A stretch of DNA of 64,000 bases, from NCBI GenBank assembly GCA_964478735.1, contig CAYZJB010000004.1, positions 15,480-79,479 on the forward strand, read 5' to 3'. Under the pieces are notes generated by a model, which was given only the letters and a program-made list of their open reading frames with translations, had not been told where the DNA came from and searched no databases. Below, in pieces: positions 50,002 through 60,728 of this stretch. Numbering within the stretch: position 1 is the first letter of the stretch; every line of letters starts with the position of its first letter. This stretch comes from an uncultured Bacteroidota bacterium. GTDB taxonomy: Bacteria; CLD3; SB21. The translations under genes and the position numbers were made by a program.

Positions 50002-50469
50002 ATGATTCGTGCTTTCTTGACGTGGTGCGGCGTATGGTGTCTGCCCCTGCTCGTTCCTGCGTACGGCTACGTTTTTTTTCCTATCGATGGTGGGCTTCCG
50101 GTGACCGGGCTACATCGGGTAGAGGGTTGGCTGTTGACCTCAATTGCCGGGATAGTTGCCGTTTTTGATTGGTACCGGCTGAACGTACAGAGTGAAAGAC
50201 GTGAGACTCGAAGATTGATTCTCTTTTTTCACGTCATTGCCGCCGTGATAACGACGACATTGACCTATGTTGGCATCCGGCTGGCCGACCTGATCGTGAT
50301 ATGGAATGCAAAACCCGGCGGACTGGCCCTCGACGTGTCATCGCGTCTGGATGTCTGGTGGCAGGCGGTTCAGGGCATATCTTGGTGGATTATTCCGGCG
50401 GTTGCGATTGCCCCCGTGTTCCACCGGCTGGGATCGGCGATGGGAAAAAAATCCGAGGAAATCAAATGA
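50002..50469 (+). CDS. small integral membrane protein, hypothetical
   Basis: 4 predicted TM helices; ATGA overlap with downstream peptidase. Confidence 0.45.
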   Translation: MIRAFLTWCGVWCLPLLVPAYGYVFFPIDGGLPVTGLHRVEGWLLTSIAGIVAVFDWYRLNVQSERRETRRLILFFHVIAAVITTTLTYVGIRLADLIVIWNAKPGGLALDVSSRLDVWWQAVQGISWWIIPAVAIAPVFHRLGSAMGKKSEEIK

Positions 50470-52091
50470 AACGCGTTTTGTGGATCGTCGGAATGATCGT
50501 GCTTGTTGTACTGCTCGTCGCTGCCGGAGTAACAGGATATTTCGTTTATCGATACGGGAAGCTGGGACTTTATGCGTCCGGCGGCGCATTATCCGATGTG
50601 CAATCGAGTTACGACGTGATTCAATATGACGTGGCCTTGCACGTGTATCCGGATGACAAGAAAATCGCCGGAAAAGCCGGAATTACGGTCCGCATCTGGA
50701 ACCCCATTTCCTCGATCGAACTGGACCTGTTGCATCAATTGAACGTCACGGCCGTGTCCGTTGACGGGGCGTCGACATCTTTCGAGAGGGACGAGGATAA
50801 ACTATGGGTGCGGTTGCCCGAATCGTCCGATGCCGTTCGAACCGTGCACGTCGTGTACGACGGTCAACCCCTTGAAGCGCTGCGCCCGCCGTGGATCGGC
50901 GGGTTCAACTGGAGCCGCGATGCAGACGGCCGGCATTGGATAGGTCTGTCGTGCCAGGGTGAAGGAGCCAAAATATGGATGCCGTGCAAGGACCATCCGT
51001 CGGATGAACCCGACAGCGTAACGTTGTCGATCACTGTTCCGCGACCGTATGTTGTCGTCGCAAACGGATTGCTGCGCGGGATCGATTCATCGGAAACCGA
51101 TGGGTTGACCTACCGCTGGGGCACGAATTATCCGATCAATAATTACGGTATCAATTTCAGCGTCGGGTTGTACCGACAAGCGCAACGAACGTACCGGACG
51201 GACGATGGCGGCGCCATGCCGGTGATCTTTTATTATCTGCCGCAGAGTTCGGCCTGCGCGGACCGTCACGTCGACATGGCCGTGGACATGTTGAAAACGT
51301 ACCGCAAGTTTTTCGGAGAATATCCTTTTTTTCGTGAAAAATTTTCCGTGGTCGAAACGGATTATCTCGGCATGGAACATCAGACGGTCAATGCTTACGG
51401 CAACCGCTTCCGATACGATACGCTGCAGGGTCATGGGTTCGATGAATTGATGCTGCATGAAATGGGACATGAGTGGTGGGGGAATAAGGTCACGGTCGAC
51501 GACTGGGCAGACTTCTGGATCCATGAAGGCATCTGTACCTACGGCGAGGCTCTGTATCACCTGGATAAGACGGGTGAATCCGGTTATCACGCCGCCATGG
51601 CGTCGGTCGTCTCAGCCGTCAAAAACCGGCAGCCGATTTTACCGAAACGGCCCGCGTCGTCCGTCGATGCCTATTCTCCCGATATCTACACCAAAGGCGC
51701 GGCGCTGATGCACAGCCTCCGTTATATTCTTGGCGATTCGCTGTTTTTTCCTTTTTTGAAATCCTTTGCGACCGACTCCTCGACCACGTACCGGAATCTC
51801 GTATCGACAGAGAAATTTTTACAGCGATTGGGGTCTATCTCCCCGGCGTATGTCGTACCCTATGCGCTGCGGTTTCTCCAGACGACCGACATCCCGCATA
51901 TCCGTATCGCATCGGTCGGGGATGGAGTATACGAGATCCGTCTCAACGGTTTCGAATTGCCGATGGATATTGTCACCGATCGGGGATTGCAGCGGGTAAT
52001 GCTTTCCGATCAGCCGGTGCGATTTTATTCCGCTTATCCGCCGAGAGTCGATCCGCGGAACTGGTACATCAAGGCCGTTCAGATTTTGTAA
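50466..52091 (+). CDS. M1-family zinc metallopeptidase, N-terminally membrane anchored
   Basis: TM anchor; GMEHQT (GxMEN-like) and HEMGHEWWG-x17-E gluzincin motif. Confidence 0.8.
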   Translation: MKRVLWIVGMIVLVVLLVAAGVTGYFVYRYGKLGLYASGGALSDVQSSYDVIQYDVALHVYPDDKKIAGKAGITVRIWNPISSIELDLLHQLNVTAVSVDGASTSFERDEDKLWVRLPESSDAVRTVHVVYDGQPLEALRPPWIGGFNWSRDADGRHWIGLSCQGEGAKIWMPCKDHPSDEPDSVTLSITVPRPYVVVANGLLRGIDSSETDGLTYRWGTNYPINNYGINFSVGLYRQAQRTYRTDDGGAMPVIFYYLPQSSACADRHVDMAVDMLKTYRKFFGEYPFFREKFSVVETDYLGMEHQTVNAYGNRFRYDTLQGHGFDELMLHEMGHEWWGNKVTVDDWADFWIHEGICTYGEALYHLDKTGESGYHAAMASVVSAVKNRQPILPKRPASSVDAYSPDIYTKGAALMHSLRYILGDSLFFPFLKSFATDSSTTYRNLVSTEKFLQRLGSISPAYVVPYALRFLQTTDIPHIRIASVGDGVYEIRLNGFELPMDIVTDRGLQRVMLSDQPVRFYSAYPPRVDPRNWYIKAVQIL

Positions 52092-52151
52092 AAAAATCAA
52101 CCTTTTCATAGCGTCGTTTGCCGGAAGTTCGTATGTTACCCGCGTTTTGTA

Positions 52152-52475
52152 TTGATGCCAACGAACCTTACATACACACGAATCTGGTCCGTCATCGAGA
52201 AAATTCCCAAAGGCCGCGTGGCGACGTACGGTCAGGTTGCGGAATTGGCTGGCCTTCCGCATCAAGCACGACTTGTGGGATACGCCCTGCACGCGGCCCC
52301 GGACAGTCTGAAGCTGCCGTGGCATCGCGTGATCAATTCGCGAGGACAAATCTCGTTTCCACCGCGCACGAGATTGCATCACGAACAGCGCCGGCGCCTG
52401 ATCAAAGAAGGTATTTCCATTGAACATCGAGCGGTGGATCTGGCAAAGTACCGGTGGAAACCGCTTCTGAAGTAA
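52152..52475 (+). CDS. MGMT-family DNA-binding protein lacking active-site Cys (YbaZ-like)
   Basis: GRVATYGQVAELAG...LPWHRVIN: PWHRV in place of PCHRV. Confidence 0.7.
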   Translation: MMPTNLTYTRIWSVIEKIPKGRVATYGQVAELAGLPHQARLVGYALHAAPDSLKLPWHRVINSRGQISFPPRTRLHHEQRRRLIKEGISIEHRAVDLAKYRWKPLLK

Positions 52476-52487
52476 TGGAGGAGCCCG

Positions 52488-53492
52488 TTGCCCGTCATCA
52501 CAACGTCGAGCTATACGGCACGGGGCCTATGGCGTTCCGCCCATTTCCAGACCATTTACCCGTCTCTTTTTCGTCGCGTCGACGACGTCGTTTATAAAAG
52601 AGAACGCGTCGAACTCCCGGATGGTGATTTTATCGACGTGGACCGATCCTCCGTCGGATCGGAGCGTCTGGGTATTGTCCTGCACGGTTTGGAAGGGAAT
52701 GCCGGTCGGGCGTACGTGCGTGGGATGGTTCGCGCGTTGAATCGGACGGGTATCGACGCGGCGGCGGTCAATTTTCGCGGATGCAGCGGCGAGATCAATC
52801 GCCTTCCGCGTTTTTATCACAGCGGAGACACGGACGACGTACGATTTTTGGTCCGGCGTTTTTCGTCGATCTCCGAACTTTATCTCATTGGATTCAGCAT
52901 GGGCGGCAATGTGATCTTAAAATACCTGGGTGAAGAAGGTTCACGCGTTCAACGGAATCTTCGTCGCGCCGTTGTTTTTTCCGTTCCTTGTCATCTGGCG
53001 TCCAGTGCCGACCGGCTCGCACGGCGGACCAACCGAATTTACATGCGGCGTTTTCTCGGCATGCTGCGCCAAAAAATCGAAATAAAAAGCGGTCAGGTAA
53101 AGGATGCGCTCAGTGCGGACGGATTCGAGTCCATACGAAATTTTAAAGATTTTGACGACCGATATACCGCGCCGCTGCATGGATTTCGGAATGCCGAAGA
53201 TTACTGGGAACAATCGAGTTCGATCCGATTTCTTCCGGCCGTTTCTATTCCGACGTTGATGATCAACAGTCTCGACGATCCATTTCTGGCCCCGCCGTGT
53301 TATCCGGTCGCAATCGCACAGGACCATCCGCACGTCACACTAGAATTACCGCGCTGGGGTGGACACGTCGGATTCGTCAAGAAGGGCGGTATGTACTGGT
53401 CGGAACAACGCGCGATGGAATTTTTGAATTCACCACACCCGGGTCGCTCCGGTATCAACCCACAGGACACGAAACATGTTTATGGATCCTAA
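52488..53492 (+). CDS. alpha/beta-fold hydrolase (YheT/COG0429-like)
   Basis: LHGLEG...GFSMGGN nucleophile elbow, ~330 aa. Confidence 0.7.
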   Translation: MPVITTSSYTARGLWRSAHFQTIYPSLFRRVDDVVYKRERVELPDGDFIDVDRSSVGSERLGIVLHGLEGNAGRAYVRGMVRALNRTGIDAAAVNFRGCSGEINRLPRFYHSGDTDDVRFLVRRFSSISELYLIGFSMGGNVILKYLGEEGSRVQRNLRRAVVFSVPCHLASSADRLARRTNRIYMRRFLGMLRQKIEIKSGQVKDALSADGFESIRNFKDFDDRYTAPLHGFRNAEDYWEQSSSIRFLPAVSIPTLMINSLDDPFLAPPCYPVAIAQDHPHVTLELPRWGGHVGFVKKGGMYWSEQRAMEFLNSPHPGRSGINPQDTKHVYGS

Positions 53493-55008
53493 GGCTGTCA
53501 AAAAGTCTTTTTTCTTTCGGATTCTGGACTGGATTGAACGAGTGGGCAACCTGCTGCCGCACCCGGTCATGCTTTTTGCATTATTTGCAGTATGCGTGAT
53601 TCTTGCGTCAGGAATGGCAGCCGCATTCGGATTATCGGCCGTGCATCCCGGAACGGGGGAATCGGTCGAGCCGGTGAATCTTCTGTCGGGCGACGGACTC
53701 CGGTACATCATGACGAGCCTCGTTCGCAACTTTACCGGGTTTGCGCCGCTCGGTACCGTGCTGGTTGCGCTGCTTGGGATTGGAATCGCCGAAGGGTCCG
53801 GATTTATCGGCAGTGTGTTACGACTGCTGGTGACGTCGGCCCCGCCCCGACTGCTCACCGGCGTCATCGTTTTTTGCGGTGTTATTTCCAATATGGCGTC
53901 GGAAGTAGGCTATGTGCTTCTCGTGCCGCTGGCGGGGATTATCTTTCTGGCGGTTGGACGGCACCCCCTGGCCGGAATGGCCGCTGCATTTGCCGGTGTC
54001 TCCGGCGGATACAGCGCCAACGTAGCGCTCGGTACGGTCGATCCACTGCTCGCGGGCATTTCACAGGAGGCGGCGAGGATTATCGATCCGGAGTACGTCG
54101 TCAACCCGGCGTGCAATTATTACTTCATGTTCGTTTCGACTTTCGTACTGACGATCGTCGGAACGTTGATTTCCGAAAAGATCGTCGAACCGCGATTGGG
54201 AAAGTATGACGGCGATGAAAAGCCGATGACGATTGAAAAACTGTCGGTACAGGAGAAGAGGGGCCTGCGTTTTGCCGTAATCGCCGGCGTCGTCATTATC
54301 ATTTTGCTCGTGCTCAGCGCGCTTCCCGGCGGGGCGCTGCGGGATCCGAAAACCGACGGTTTTCTCCACTCGCCGTTTATGTCCGGCATTGTTGCGATCG
54401 TATTTTTCGGCGCCGGCATCATGGGAGTGTCGTACGGCATCGGGGCCGGTACGATTCGCAAAAACGACGACGTGGCCGTCTCGATGGGCAAAGCGATGTC
54501 GACGCTCGGGTCGTATATCGCCCTTGTTTTTTTTGCCGCCCAGTTTGTCGCTTATTTTAACGAATCCCAATTGGGACTCATCCTCGCCGTCAAAGGCGCA
54601 GAAGTTATCAAAGCGATCGGGTTGCCGCCCATTCCGCTGTTTCTGCTTTTCATCCTCGTTTCGGCGTCGATCAACATGATGATGGGGAGCGCGTCGGCCA
54701 AATGGGCGATCATGGCGCCGGTATTTGTTCCCATGTTCATGTTACTTGGATACACTCCCGAGGTCACGCAGGCGGCGTACCGCGTCGGCGATTCGTCGAC
54801 GAATATTATTTCACCGATGATGTCGTATTTTGCGCTCATCGTTGCCTACGTGCAACGTTATGCCAAACACGCCGGACTCGGTACCGTCATTTCCACCATG
54901 ATGCCGTTTACGATTGGGTTTCTGATCGTGTGGTCGCTCTTGTTTACGTTGTTTATGGCGCTGGACATTCCCGTCGGACCGGGCGCCCAGTTGCATCTTT
55001 CAAAATGA
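53476..55008 (+). CDS. AbgT-family transporter (copy 1)
   Basis: N-terminal ...[24 protein letters not shown]..., 12+ TM, ~510 aa. Confidence 0.75.
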   Translation: MFMDPKAVKKSFFFRILDWIERVGNLLPHPVMLFALFAVCVILASGMAAAFGLSAVHPGTGESVEPVNLLSGDGLRYIMTSLVRNFTGFAPLGTVLVALLGIGIAEGSGFIGSVLRLLVTSAPPRLLTGVIVFCGVISNMASEVGYVLLVPLAGIIFLAVGRHPLAGMAAAFAGVSGGYSANVALGTVDPLLAGISQEAARIIDPEYVVNPACNYYFMFVSTFVLTIVGTLISEKIVEPRLGKYDGDEKPMTIEKLSVQEKRGLRFAVIAGVVIIILLVLSALPGGALRDPKTDGFLHSPFMSGIVAIVFFGAGIMGVSYGIGAGTIRKNDDVAVSMGKAMSTLGSYIALVFFAAQFVAYFNESQLGLILAVKGAEVIKAIGLPPIPLFLLFILVSASINMMMGSASAKWAIMAPVFVPMFMLLGYTPEVTQAAYRVGDSSTNIISPMMSYFALIVAYVQRYAKHAGLGTVISTMMPFTIGFLIVWSLLFTLFMALDIPVGPGAQLHLSK

Positions 55009-55018
55009 CCGGAAACGA

Positions 55019-56539
55019 ATGACGGCTGCGAAGAAAAAATCACTTGTAGCGCGAATACTCGACGGGATCGAGAAGATCGGGAATAAACTTCCGCATCCCG
55101 TCATCTTGTTCGCTCTTTTCGCTGTGCTGGTTATTATCGCATCGGCCATGGCCAGCGCGATAGGGATTCGTGCGACACACCCCGGAACGGGCGAAGACGT
55201 TGTGCCGGTCAATCTCCTTTCCGGCGACGGACTGCGGTACGTCATGACGAGCCTCGTGCGGAATTTTACAGGTTTTGCTCCGCTGGGTACCGTGCTCGTG
55301 GCGTTACTCGGGATCGGGATCGCGGAGGGAACTGGCTTCATCGGCAGCGCGATTCGTCTCCTGGTGACGTCGGCGCCGCCGCGTTTGCTGACGGCCGTGA
55401 TCGTTTTCAGCGGAATCCTTTCCAATGCGGCGTCGGAGGTCGGGTACGTACTTCTGGTTCCGCTTGCGGGGATCATTTATCTTGCCGTCGGTCGCCATCC
55501 CATTGCCGGCATTGCGGCGGCGTTTGCGGGTGTTTCGGGAGGATACAGCGCCAATCTCGCCCTGGGTACGGTCGATCCGCTGCTGGCGGGTATCTCACAA
55601 GAAGCAGCGAGAATCATTGATCCCGAATACGTCGTCAATCCGGCCTGTAATTATTATTTCATGGTGGTGTCGACGTTTTTGCTGACCATCGTGGGAACGC
55701 TGGTATCGGATAAGATTGTCGAGCCGCGGTTGGGGAGGTACGATGGCGATGAAAAACCGATGCCAATCGAAAAACTCAACGCCGACGAGAAGCGCGGACT
55801 GCGATTTGCGGCGTGGGCGGGAGTGATCACAACCGGTTTACTGGTTCTCAGTATTTTGCCCGGCGGTGTACTGCGCGACCCGGCGACGGACGGATTTTTA
55901 CATTCGCCGTTCATGTCCGGTATCGTTGCGATCGTTTTTTTTGCAGCCGGGATCGTCGGTGTGGCGTACGGCGTCGGCGCCCGAACGATCAAGCAAAACG
56001 ACGACATCGCCCATGCCATGGGTAAGGCCATGTCGACGCTCGGTTCGTATATCGCGCTGGTGTTTTTTGCAGCTCAATTTGTCGGATACTTCAACGAGTC
56101 GAATTTGGGTCTGATCGTTGCCGTAAAGGGAGCCGAAGTGCTCAAGGCCGTCGGCCTGTCGACGGTCCCCCTTATGCTGGTTTTTATTGTCGTATCGGCC
56201 GTCATCAATCTCATCATGGGCAGCGCATCGGCCAAGTGGGCGATCATGGCGCCGGTGTTCATTCCCATGTTCATGCTGCTCGGTTATTCTCCGGAGGTGA
56301 CACAAACGGCCTATCGCATCGGCGATTCGACGACCAACGTCATTTCACCGATGATGTCTTATTTTGCCCTGATCGTTGCGTTCGTCCAGCGTTATGTAAA
56401 ACAGGCGGGGTTGGGTACGGTCATTTCAACCATGATGCCGTTTAGCATGGCGTTTCTTGTCGCGTGGGCGATTTTGTTTTCGCTTTTTCTGGCTTTTGAT
56501 ATTCCCGTGGGGCCGGGAGTGGGCGTACATTTAAAGTAG
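55019..56539 (+). CDS. AbgT-family transporter (copy 2, tandem paralog)
   Basis: ~80% identical to copy 1 throughout. Confidence 0.75.
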   Translation: MTAAKKKSLVARILDGIEKIGNKLPHPVILFALFAVLVIIASAMASAIGIRATHPGTGEDVVPVNLLSGDGLRYVMTSLVRNFTGFAPLGTVLVALLGIGIAEGTGFIGSAIRLLVTSAPPRLLTAVIVFSGILSNAASEVGYVLLVPLAGIIYLAVGRHPIAGIAAAFAGVSGGYSANLALGTVDPLLAGISQEAARIIDPEYVVNPACNYYFMVVSTFLLTIVGTLVSDKIVEPRLGRYDGDEKPMPIEKLNADEKRGLRFAAWAGVITTGLLVLSILPGGVLRDPATDGFLHSPFMSGIVAIVFFAAGIVGVAYGVGARTIKQNDDIAHAMGKAMSTLGSYIALVFFAAQFVGYFNESNLGLIVAVKGAEVLKAVGLSTVPLMLVFIVVSAVINLIMGSASAKWAIMAPVFIPMFMLLGYSPEVTQTAYRIGDSTTNVISPMMSYFALIVAFVQRYVKQAGLGTVISTMMPFSMAFLVAWAILFSLFLAFDIPVGPGVGVHLK

Positions 56540-56543
56540 GAAA

Positions 56544-57446
56544 TTACCCGCCGATTTTTTTTCGCTTCGTCATAAATTCCAACAGCGCGTGATCGTACGG
56601 GGTACGCGTGTCGAGCAAGACGTAGTCGATGCGCTGCTCGTGGCACTGCCGCCGGTAGTCGTCGAGGAAGGCGCGCATTTGCGCCCGATAATCGGTACGA
56701 ATGTGCCAGGGCTGCGTATGGATTCTTTCTTTGGACTCCATGTCCTCGAAAATGACGTCGCCCGAATACGCGAATTCCCGTTCCTGAGGATCGAGGACGT
56801 GAAAGACAATGACTTCATGTCGACGGTGGCGAAAATGCTTGAGTCCCATCATGATCGTATCCGGATCGTCGAGCAAATCACTGATCAGGATGATGAGACC
56901 CCGGCGCCGAATCCGTTCGGCGATTTCGTGGAGGATGGGTGAAATGGCCGTCTCCCGATGATCGGAATGGCCGGCCAATGCTTCTTCAATGGTTTTGATA
57001 TAACTCAACGTCGAGCGGGGCGGCAAGTAGCGTTGGATTTTGTGATCGAAGATCGTCAGGCCGGCGGCATCGCGCTGATGGATCAATAGATACGCCAGTG
57101 CCGCCGCGAGACAGGACGCATATTCGATCTTGCTTACGGTATGCGACGAAAACGTCATGGAATTGCTCGTATCCAGCAGGATGGTGCTTTTCAGATTGGT
57201 CTCTTCTTCGAATCGCCGAACGTAATAGCGGGACGTGCGCCCGTACACTTTCCAGTCGATCGTTCGGATCTCATCGCCGGGCATATACGGACGATGTTCC
57301 GCGAATTCGACGCTAAAACCGTGGTAAGGGCTTTTGTGCAGACCCGTCATGAATCCTTCGACGACGAGCCGGGCCTTGAGTTCGAGATTGGACAGGCGGG
57401 CAACGACCTGCGGGTCGAGATACTTACGATATTCCGCGACGCTCAT
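56544..57446 (-). CDS. DUF58-domain protein (vWA-like, usual MoxR partner)
   Basis: LSNLELKARLVVEGFMTGLHKSPYHGFSVEFAEHRPY... DUF58 hallmark; 300 aa. Confidence 0.75.
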   Translation of the reverse strand: MSVAEYRKYLDPQVVARLSNLELKARLVVEGFMTGLHKSPYHGFSVEFAEHRPYMPGDEIRTIDWKVYGRTSRYYVRRFEEETNLKSTILLDTSNSMTFSSHTVSKIEYASCLAAALAYLLIHQRDAAGLTIFDHKIQRYLPPRSTLSYIKTIEEALAGHSDHRETAISPILHEIAERIRRRGLIILISDLLDDPDTIMMGLKHFRHRRHEVIVFHVLDPQEREFAYSGDVIFEDMESKERIHTQPWHIRTDYRAQMRAFLDDYRRQCHEQRIDYVLLDTRTPYDHALLEFMTKRKKIGG

Positions 57447-58762
57447 GGAATGGTCTCGCCGGCGACGATCTGTTCGGACCAGCGCGCGTATTTTTCCAGC
57501 CGCTGCAAAACGCCGTACGCCGCGATTTGGAAAGTCCGTACCTTCGACTCCATGATTTCGTCACGAATGTCGGCGATCGATTCGCGATACATCGGGAGCA
57601 GGGCATCCCGGAAGTACGATCGGTATTGCAGATTCCGTTCAACGTATTTTCCGCCGTCGTATGTGTAAATGTCGTACCAGCTGGCGGCTATGCCGGGATT
57701 AAAATGCGTACGGATGCACGTCAGAATTTCGTCCACCCCGTCCTGGTCGACGTCGCGCGGTTCCGCAAAGGGACCAAATTCATGAAGACGATATTTTCCA
57801 TCGGCGAAGTGGATCAACACGGTTCCGTTCTGTCCCCATTTGTTTCCGTAATCGAAAAACCGGAGGAAAACGTCGAAGCCCGGTGAGCGGTCGGAATTGA
57901 TCACGCGGATATCGTTTTCGTGGAATGAGTTGAACAGATATGATTTTTCGAGAACGACGCGATCGCCGGCCGACGTTCGTTCGAGTAATCGCAGGAAACA
58001 TTTGTCTTCCGTGATTTCCACCGTTCGACGCATTCCGACGATCAGGAGTTCGTTGTGTCCGTCGCCGTTGATGTCGATTTCAAAACCGCGTGTTTCACCG
58101 ACGTACCATACTCCGGGGTCCGGTATTTCAGAAAGGGAGATTAATTTTTGGGCAAGAAGTTCTTTTTGCGTTTTGACCGGAAAGGTCCTTCGGAAAGAAG
58201 CCGTCAAACGGTCGAAAACGGCATTCGACTCTCCGGGGGACATGATTTCCACGCACGAGACGTTCCGATCTCCGGAAAACTGAACGGGCATATACGCGAG
58301 CCGGGCGAGCGAATCGCCGTCGAAGCGCGCCCACGGAACCTCGCGGTCTCGACTCACCGGTGCAAGGAGGGAAAACCCTGTCTGACCGTCACGGGACATC
58401 GCGGGTCCGGGCAGGCGAAAGTCGGTCCGCAGATACGCGTGGTCACGCGGGTACGTCTTGATCAGGTATTCGTCGATCGGAAGGCTCGTCAATGTCGCTT
58501 TTTCGGGAACCGTCTGAACTCGTACGTATCCCTTCCCCTTCGGGTCCTTGATTTCCAAACCGTCCCCGAGAAATTGTCGGGACCATCGCGCCGGGTAATC
58601 GAACGTGAAGCCGTATTTGATGTTGGAGAACGACGTCCACTCGTCGGGCTCGTCGACCGTAATCACGTGTCGAACCGGGTGACAGATCAAAAAATTGAAA
58701 ATGTAGAAGAGGAACAGGGCACATCCGTAACCTGCGGTACGCAGAATGCGATGAGCGCGCAT
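57443..58762 (-). CDS. hypothetical N-terminally anchored protein with FG-GAP-like motif
   Basis: TM anchor; FEIDINGDGHNELLIVG; ATGA-type overlap with DUF58 gene. Confidence 0.5.
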   Translation of the reverse strand: MRAHRILRTAGYGCALFLFYIFNFLICHPVRHVITVDEPDEWTSFSNIKYGFTFDYPARWSRQFLGDGLEIKDPKGKGYVRVQTVPEKATLTSLPIDEYLIKTYPRDHAYLRTDFRLPGPAMSRDGQTGFSLLAPVSRDREVPWARFDGDSLARLAYMPVQFSGDRNVSCVEIMSPGESNAVFDRLTASFRRTFPVKTQKELLAQKLISLSEIPDPGVWYVGETRGFEIDINGDGHNELLIVGMRRTVEITEDKCFLRLLERTSAGDRVVLEKSYLFNSFHENDIRVINSDRSPGFDVFLRFFDYGNKWGQNGTVLIHFADGKYRLHEFGPFAEPRDVDQDGVDEILTCIRTHFNPGIAASWYDIYTYDGGKYVERNLQYRSYFRDALLPMYRESIADIRDEIMESKVRTFQIAAYGVLQRLEKYARWSEQIVAGETIP

Positions 58763-58791
58763 GACCCGTCTCCTCCCGGAGGGTTAGTGGT

Positions 58792-59334
58792 TTATGCTTT
58801 CAACTGTGCCAGACAACGGCAGACATGGTCGGAATACAGCGTCGGATTGGACGTTTTGACCCACAAATTATGAAAAATTTGCGGGTGTTCGCCGCCGTAC
58901 CGTCCGATGACGATCGGCGCTCCGCATGCCCGAAGCGCGTGGGCGAACGTGACGTCAAACGACGTACTGAGATCGACGACAATGTCGAAATTGCGTTCTT
59001 TGAGTTTTTGAATGATTTCCGGCCGTATAATTCGAAAAAAACGCAGCGATGCTTTGGAGACCGCGTGAATTTGAGCGGAACGCTCCTTCATCACTTGCTG
59101 CAGCGCATCCGGACAGTCCGCCGCGCACAAAAAATCGACCACGGGATTCTGGAAAACGGCCGTGAGTTGCTTCAGAAAAGCGGCAAGGTGGGGCGGCGCA
59201 TAGGTCGAAGGGACATGGATCAAAAAGCGCCGGGACTGTGCCGCGGCGTTTCGGAAATCCAGCAACGGCGCATCGTGATAACGATGCGACCACAGCAGGT
59301 ATCGGGTTGTCAGGTATTTGATCAGTGCGTTCAT
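58792..59334 (-). CDS. hypothetical protein (weak GT9/heptosyltransferase-like C-terminal resemblance)
   Basis: ATG 59334 shares one base with surA-like stop (TGATG coupling). Confidence 0.4.
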   Translation of the reverse strand: MNALIKYLTTRYLLWSHRYHDAPLLDFRNAAAQSRRFLIHVPSTYAPPHLAAFLKQLTAVFQNPVVDFLCAADCPDALQQVMKERSAQIHAVSKASLRFFRIIRPEIIQKLKERNFDIVVDLSTSFDVTFAHALRACGAPIVIGRYGGEHPQIFHNLWVKTSNPTLYSDHVCRCLAQLKA

Positions 59335-60617
59335 CACATGCGTATATCCACGAAGAATCTGGACCGGATCTCGTCCAGCCATTTGCTCATTTCTTTGTTC
59401 TGTTTCTGGTTGAGCGCATAGTTTTCGATGGTCTGCCAGTCTTCCTTGAGCGTCAGAATCCGTTCCTTCCGCCGGTCATTAAGGCGGATGACGTGATACC
59501 CCGTGACGAGACTGGATTCCACGGGTTCCGAAATGGCGTTTTTCTCAAGGCCCTGAGCGGCCAGCAAAAAGGCCTTATCCTGGAGGGACGATATTTCAAT
59601 CCATCCCAGATTTCCGAGATTTCCTTTTTTGGCGGGATCATCGGAATATTGCACGGCGGCGTTTTCGAAAGAGACTTTGTTGTCCAGGATGTCCTGGCGA
59701 ATGTCGCGAATCCGCTGGAGCGTCCGGTCTTTGTCTTCCTGTGTCGTTTTGACGCCGATGAGAATGTGTTTGGTGTGAATTTTATCGCCGGATCGTCCGA
59801 GTAGTTGAATGATGTGATATCCGAACTGGGTTTTGACCAGGTCAGAAATTTGCCCTTCTTCGAGACGAACGGCCGCATCGGCGTATTCCTTGACGAAGTC
59901 GGAACGGTTGAACCAGCCGAGGTCGCCTCCTTTGCGGGCGGAACCGGGGTCGGAGGAGAACGCCTTCGCCAGTTCATCGAAGTTTCCACCCTTGCGGCGA
60001 ATGGAATCGAGCAGTGACTGGGCCAGCGCCCGTGCCTCACGGTAAGCGGATTCGCCCGGTTTGACTTCGAGTAAGATGTGCGACAGGTTGACGGACTCTC
60101 CGACCTTGGGGAGGCTGTCTTTGTACGTCGCGTAGAACTGTTCGACGTCCGAACGGGACACTTTGACGTCGTTGAACCGGGTCGACTGAATTTGCTGCGT
60201 CAACAGCTGTTTTCGTACGTCATTGCGATAGAAACGGCGCAATTCGCTGATCTTTTTTCCCAGAATTTTTTCGAGGGCTTCTTCGCCGCCGGCTTGGTCG
60301 ATACGCTGCTGGATTTGCTGGTCCAGGGCCTGATCGACCTGGCTTTCTTGAACGACAATGCTGTCGACTTTGGCCTGAGCCAGAAGAATTTTCTGGTTGA
60401 TCAGGCTTTCCAGTATCCGTTTTTCAAGCGCTTGATAAGCGGTCTTGTCCTTTTCCAGGTCGATCTTCTGATTGACCGCTTCAAAATAGGCGTATTGCTG
60501 TACTTCGGATTGGAGGATGATCTCATCGTCTACGACGGCGACAATCCGGTCGATCAACTGTCGTTCCTGGCTCCAGAGGGAAAACCCGATAAGCGGGAGA
60601 ATGGCCAAAAGCCTCAT
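59334..60617 (-). CDS. SurA-like periplasmic chaperone / parvulin PPIase
   Basis: signal peptide; two PpiC domains (FGYHIIQL, GYHVIRL). Confidence 0.75.
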   Translation of the reverse strand: MRLLAILPLIGFSLWSQERQLIDRIVAVVDDEIILQSEVQQYAYFEAVNQKIDLEKDKTAYQALEKRILESLINQKILLAQAKVDSIVVQESQVDQALDQQIQQRIDQAGGEEALEKILGKKISELRRFYRNDVRKQLLTQQIQSTRFNDVKVSRSDVEQFYATYKDSLPKVGESVNLSHILLEVKPGESAYREARALAQSLLDSIRRKGGNFDELAKAFSSDPGSARKGGDLGWFNRSDFVKEYADAAVRLEEGQISDLVKTQFGYHIIQLLGRSGDKIHTKHILIGVKTTQEDKDRTLQRIRDIRQDILDNKVSFENAAVQYSDDPAKKGNLGNLGWIEISSLQDKAFLLAAQGLEKNAISEPVESSLVTGYHVIRLNDRRKERILTLKEDWQTIENYALNQKQNKEMSKWLDEIRSRFFVDIRM

Positions 60618-60728
60618 TCCTGTTTCCTTGTTCAGTAGGGTTTTGTTTAATCCGGACGGCAAGAAGGGGTTGTGAAACGCCCGGATGTGTTGTGTTTTAA
60701 ATTATACTTTTTGCAGAGCCGTCGGTCG

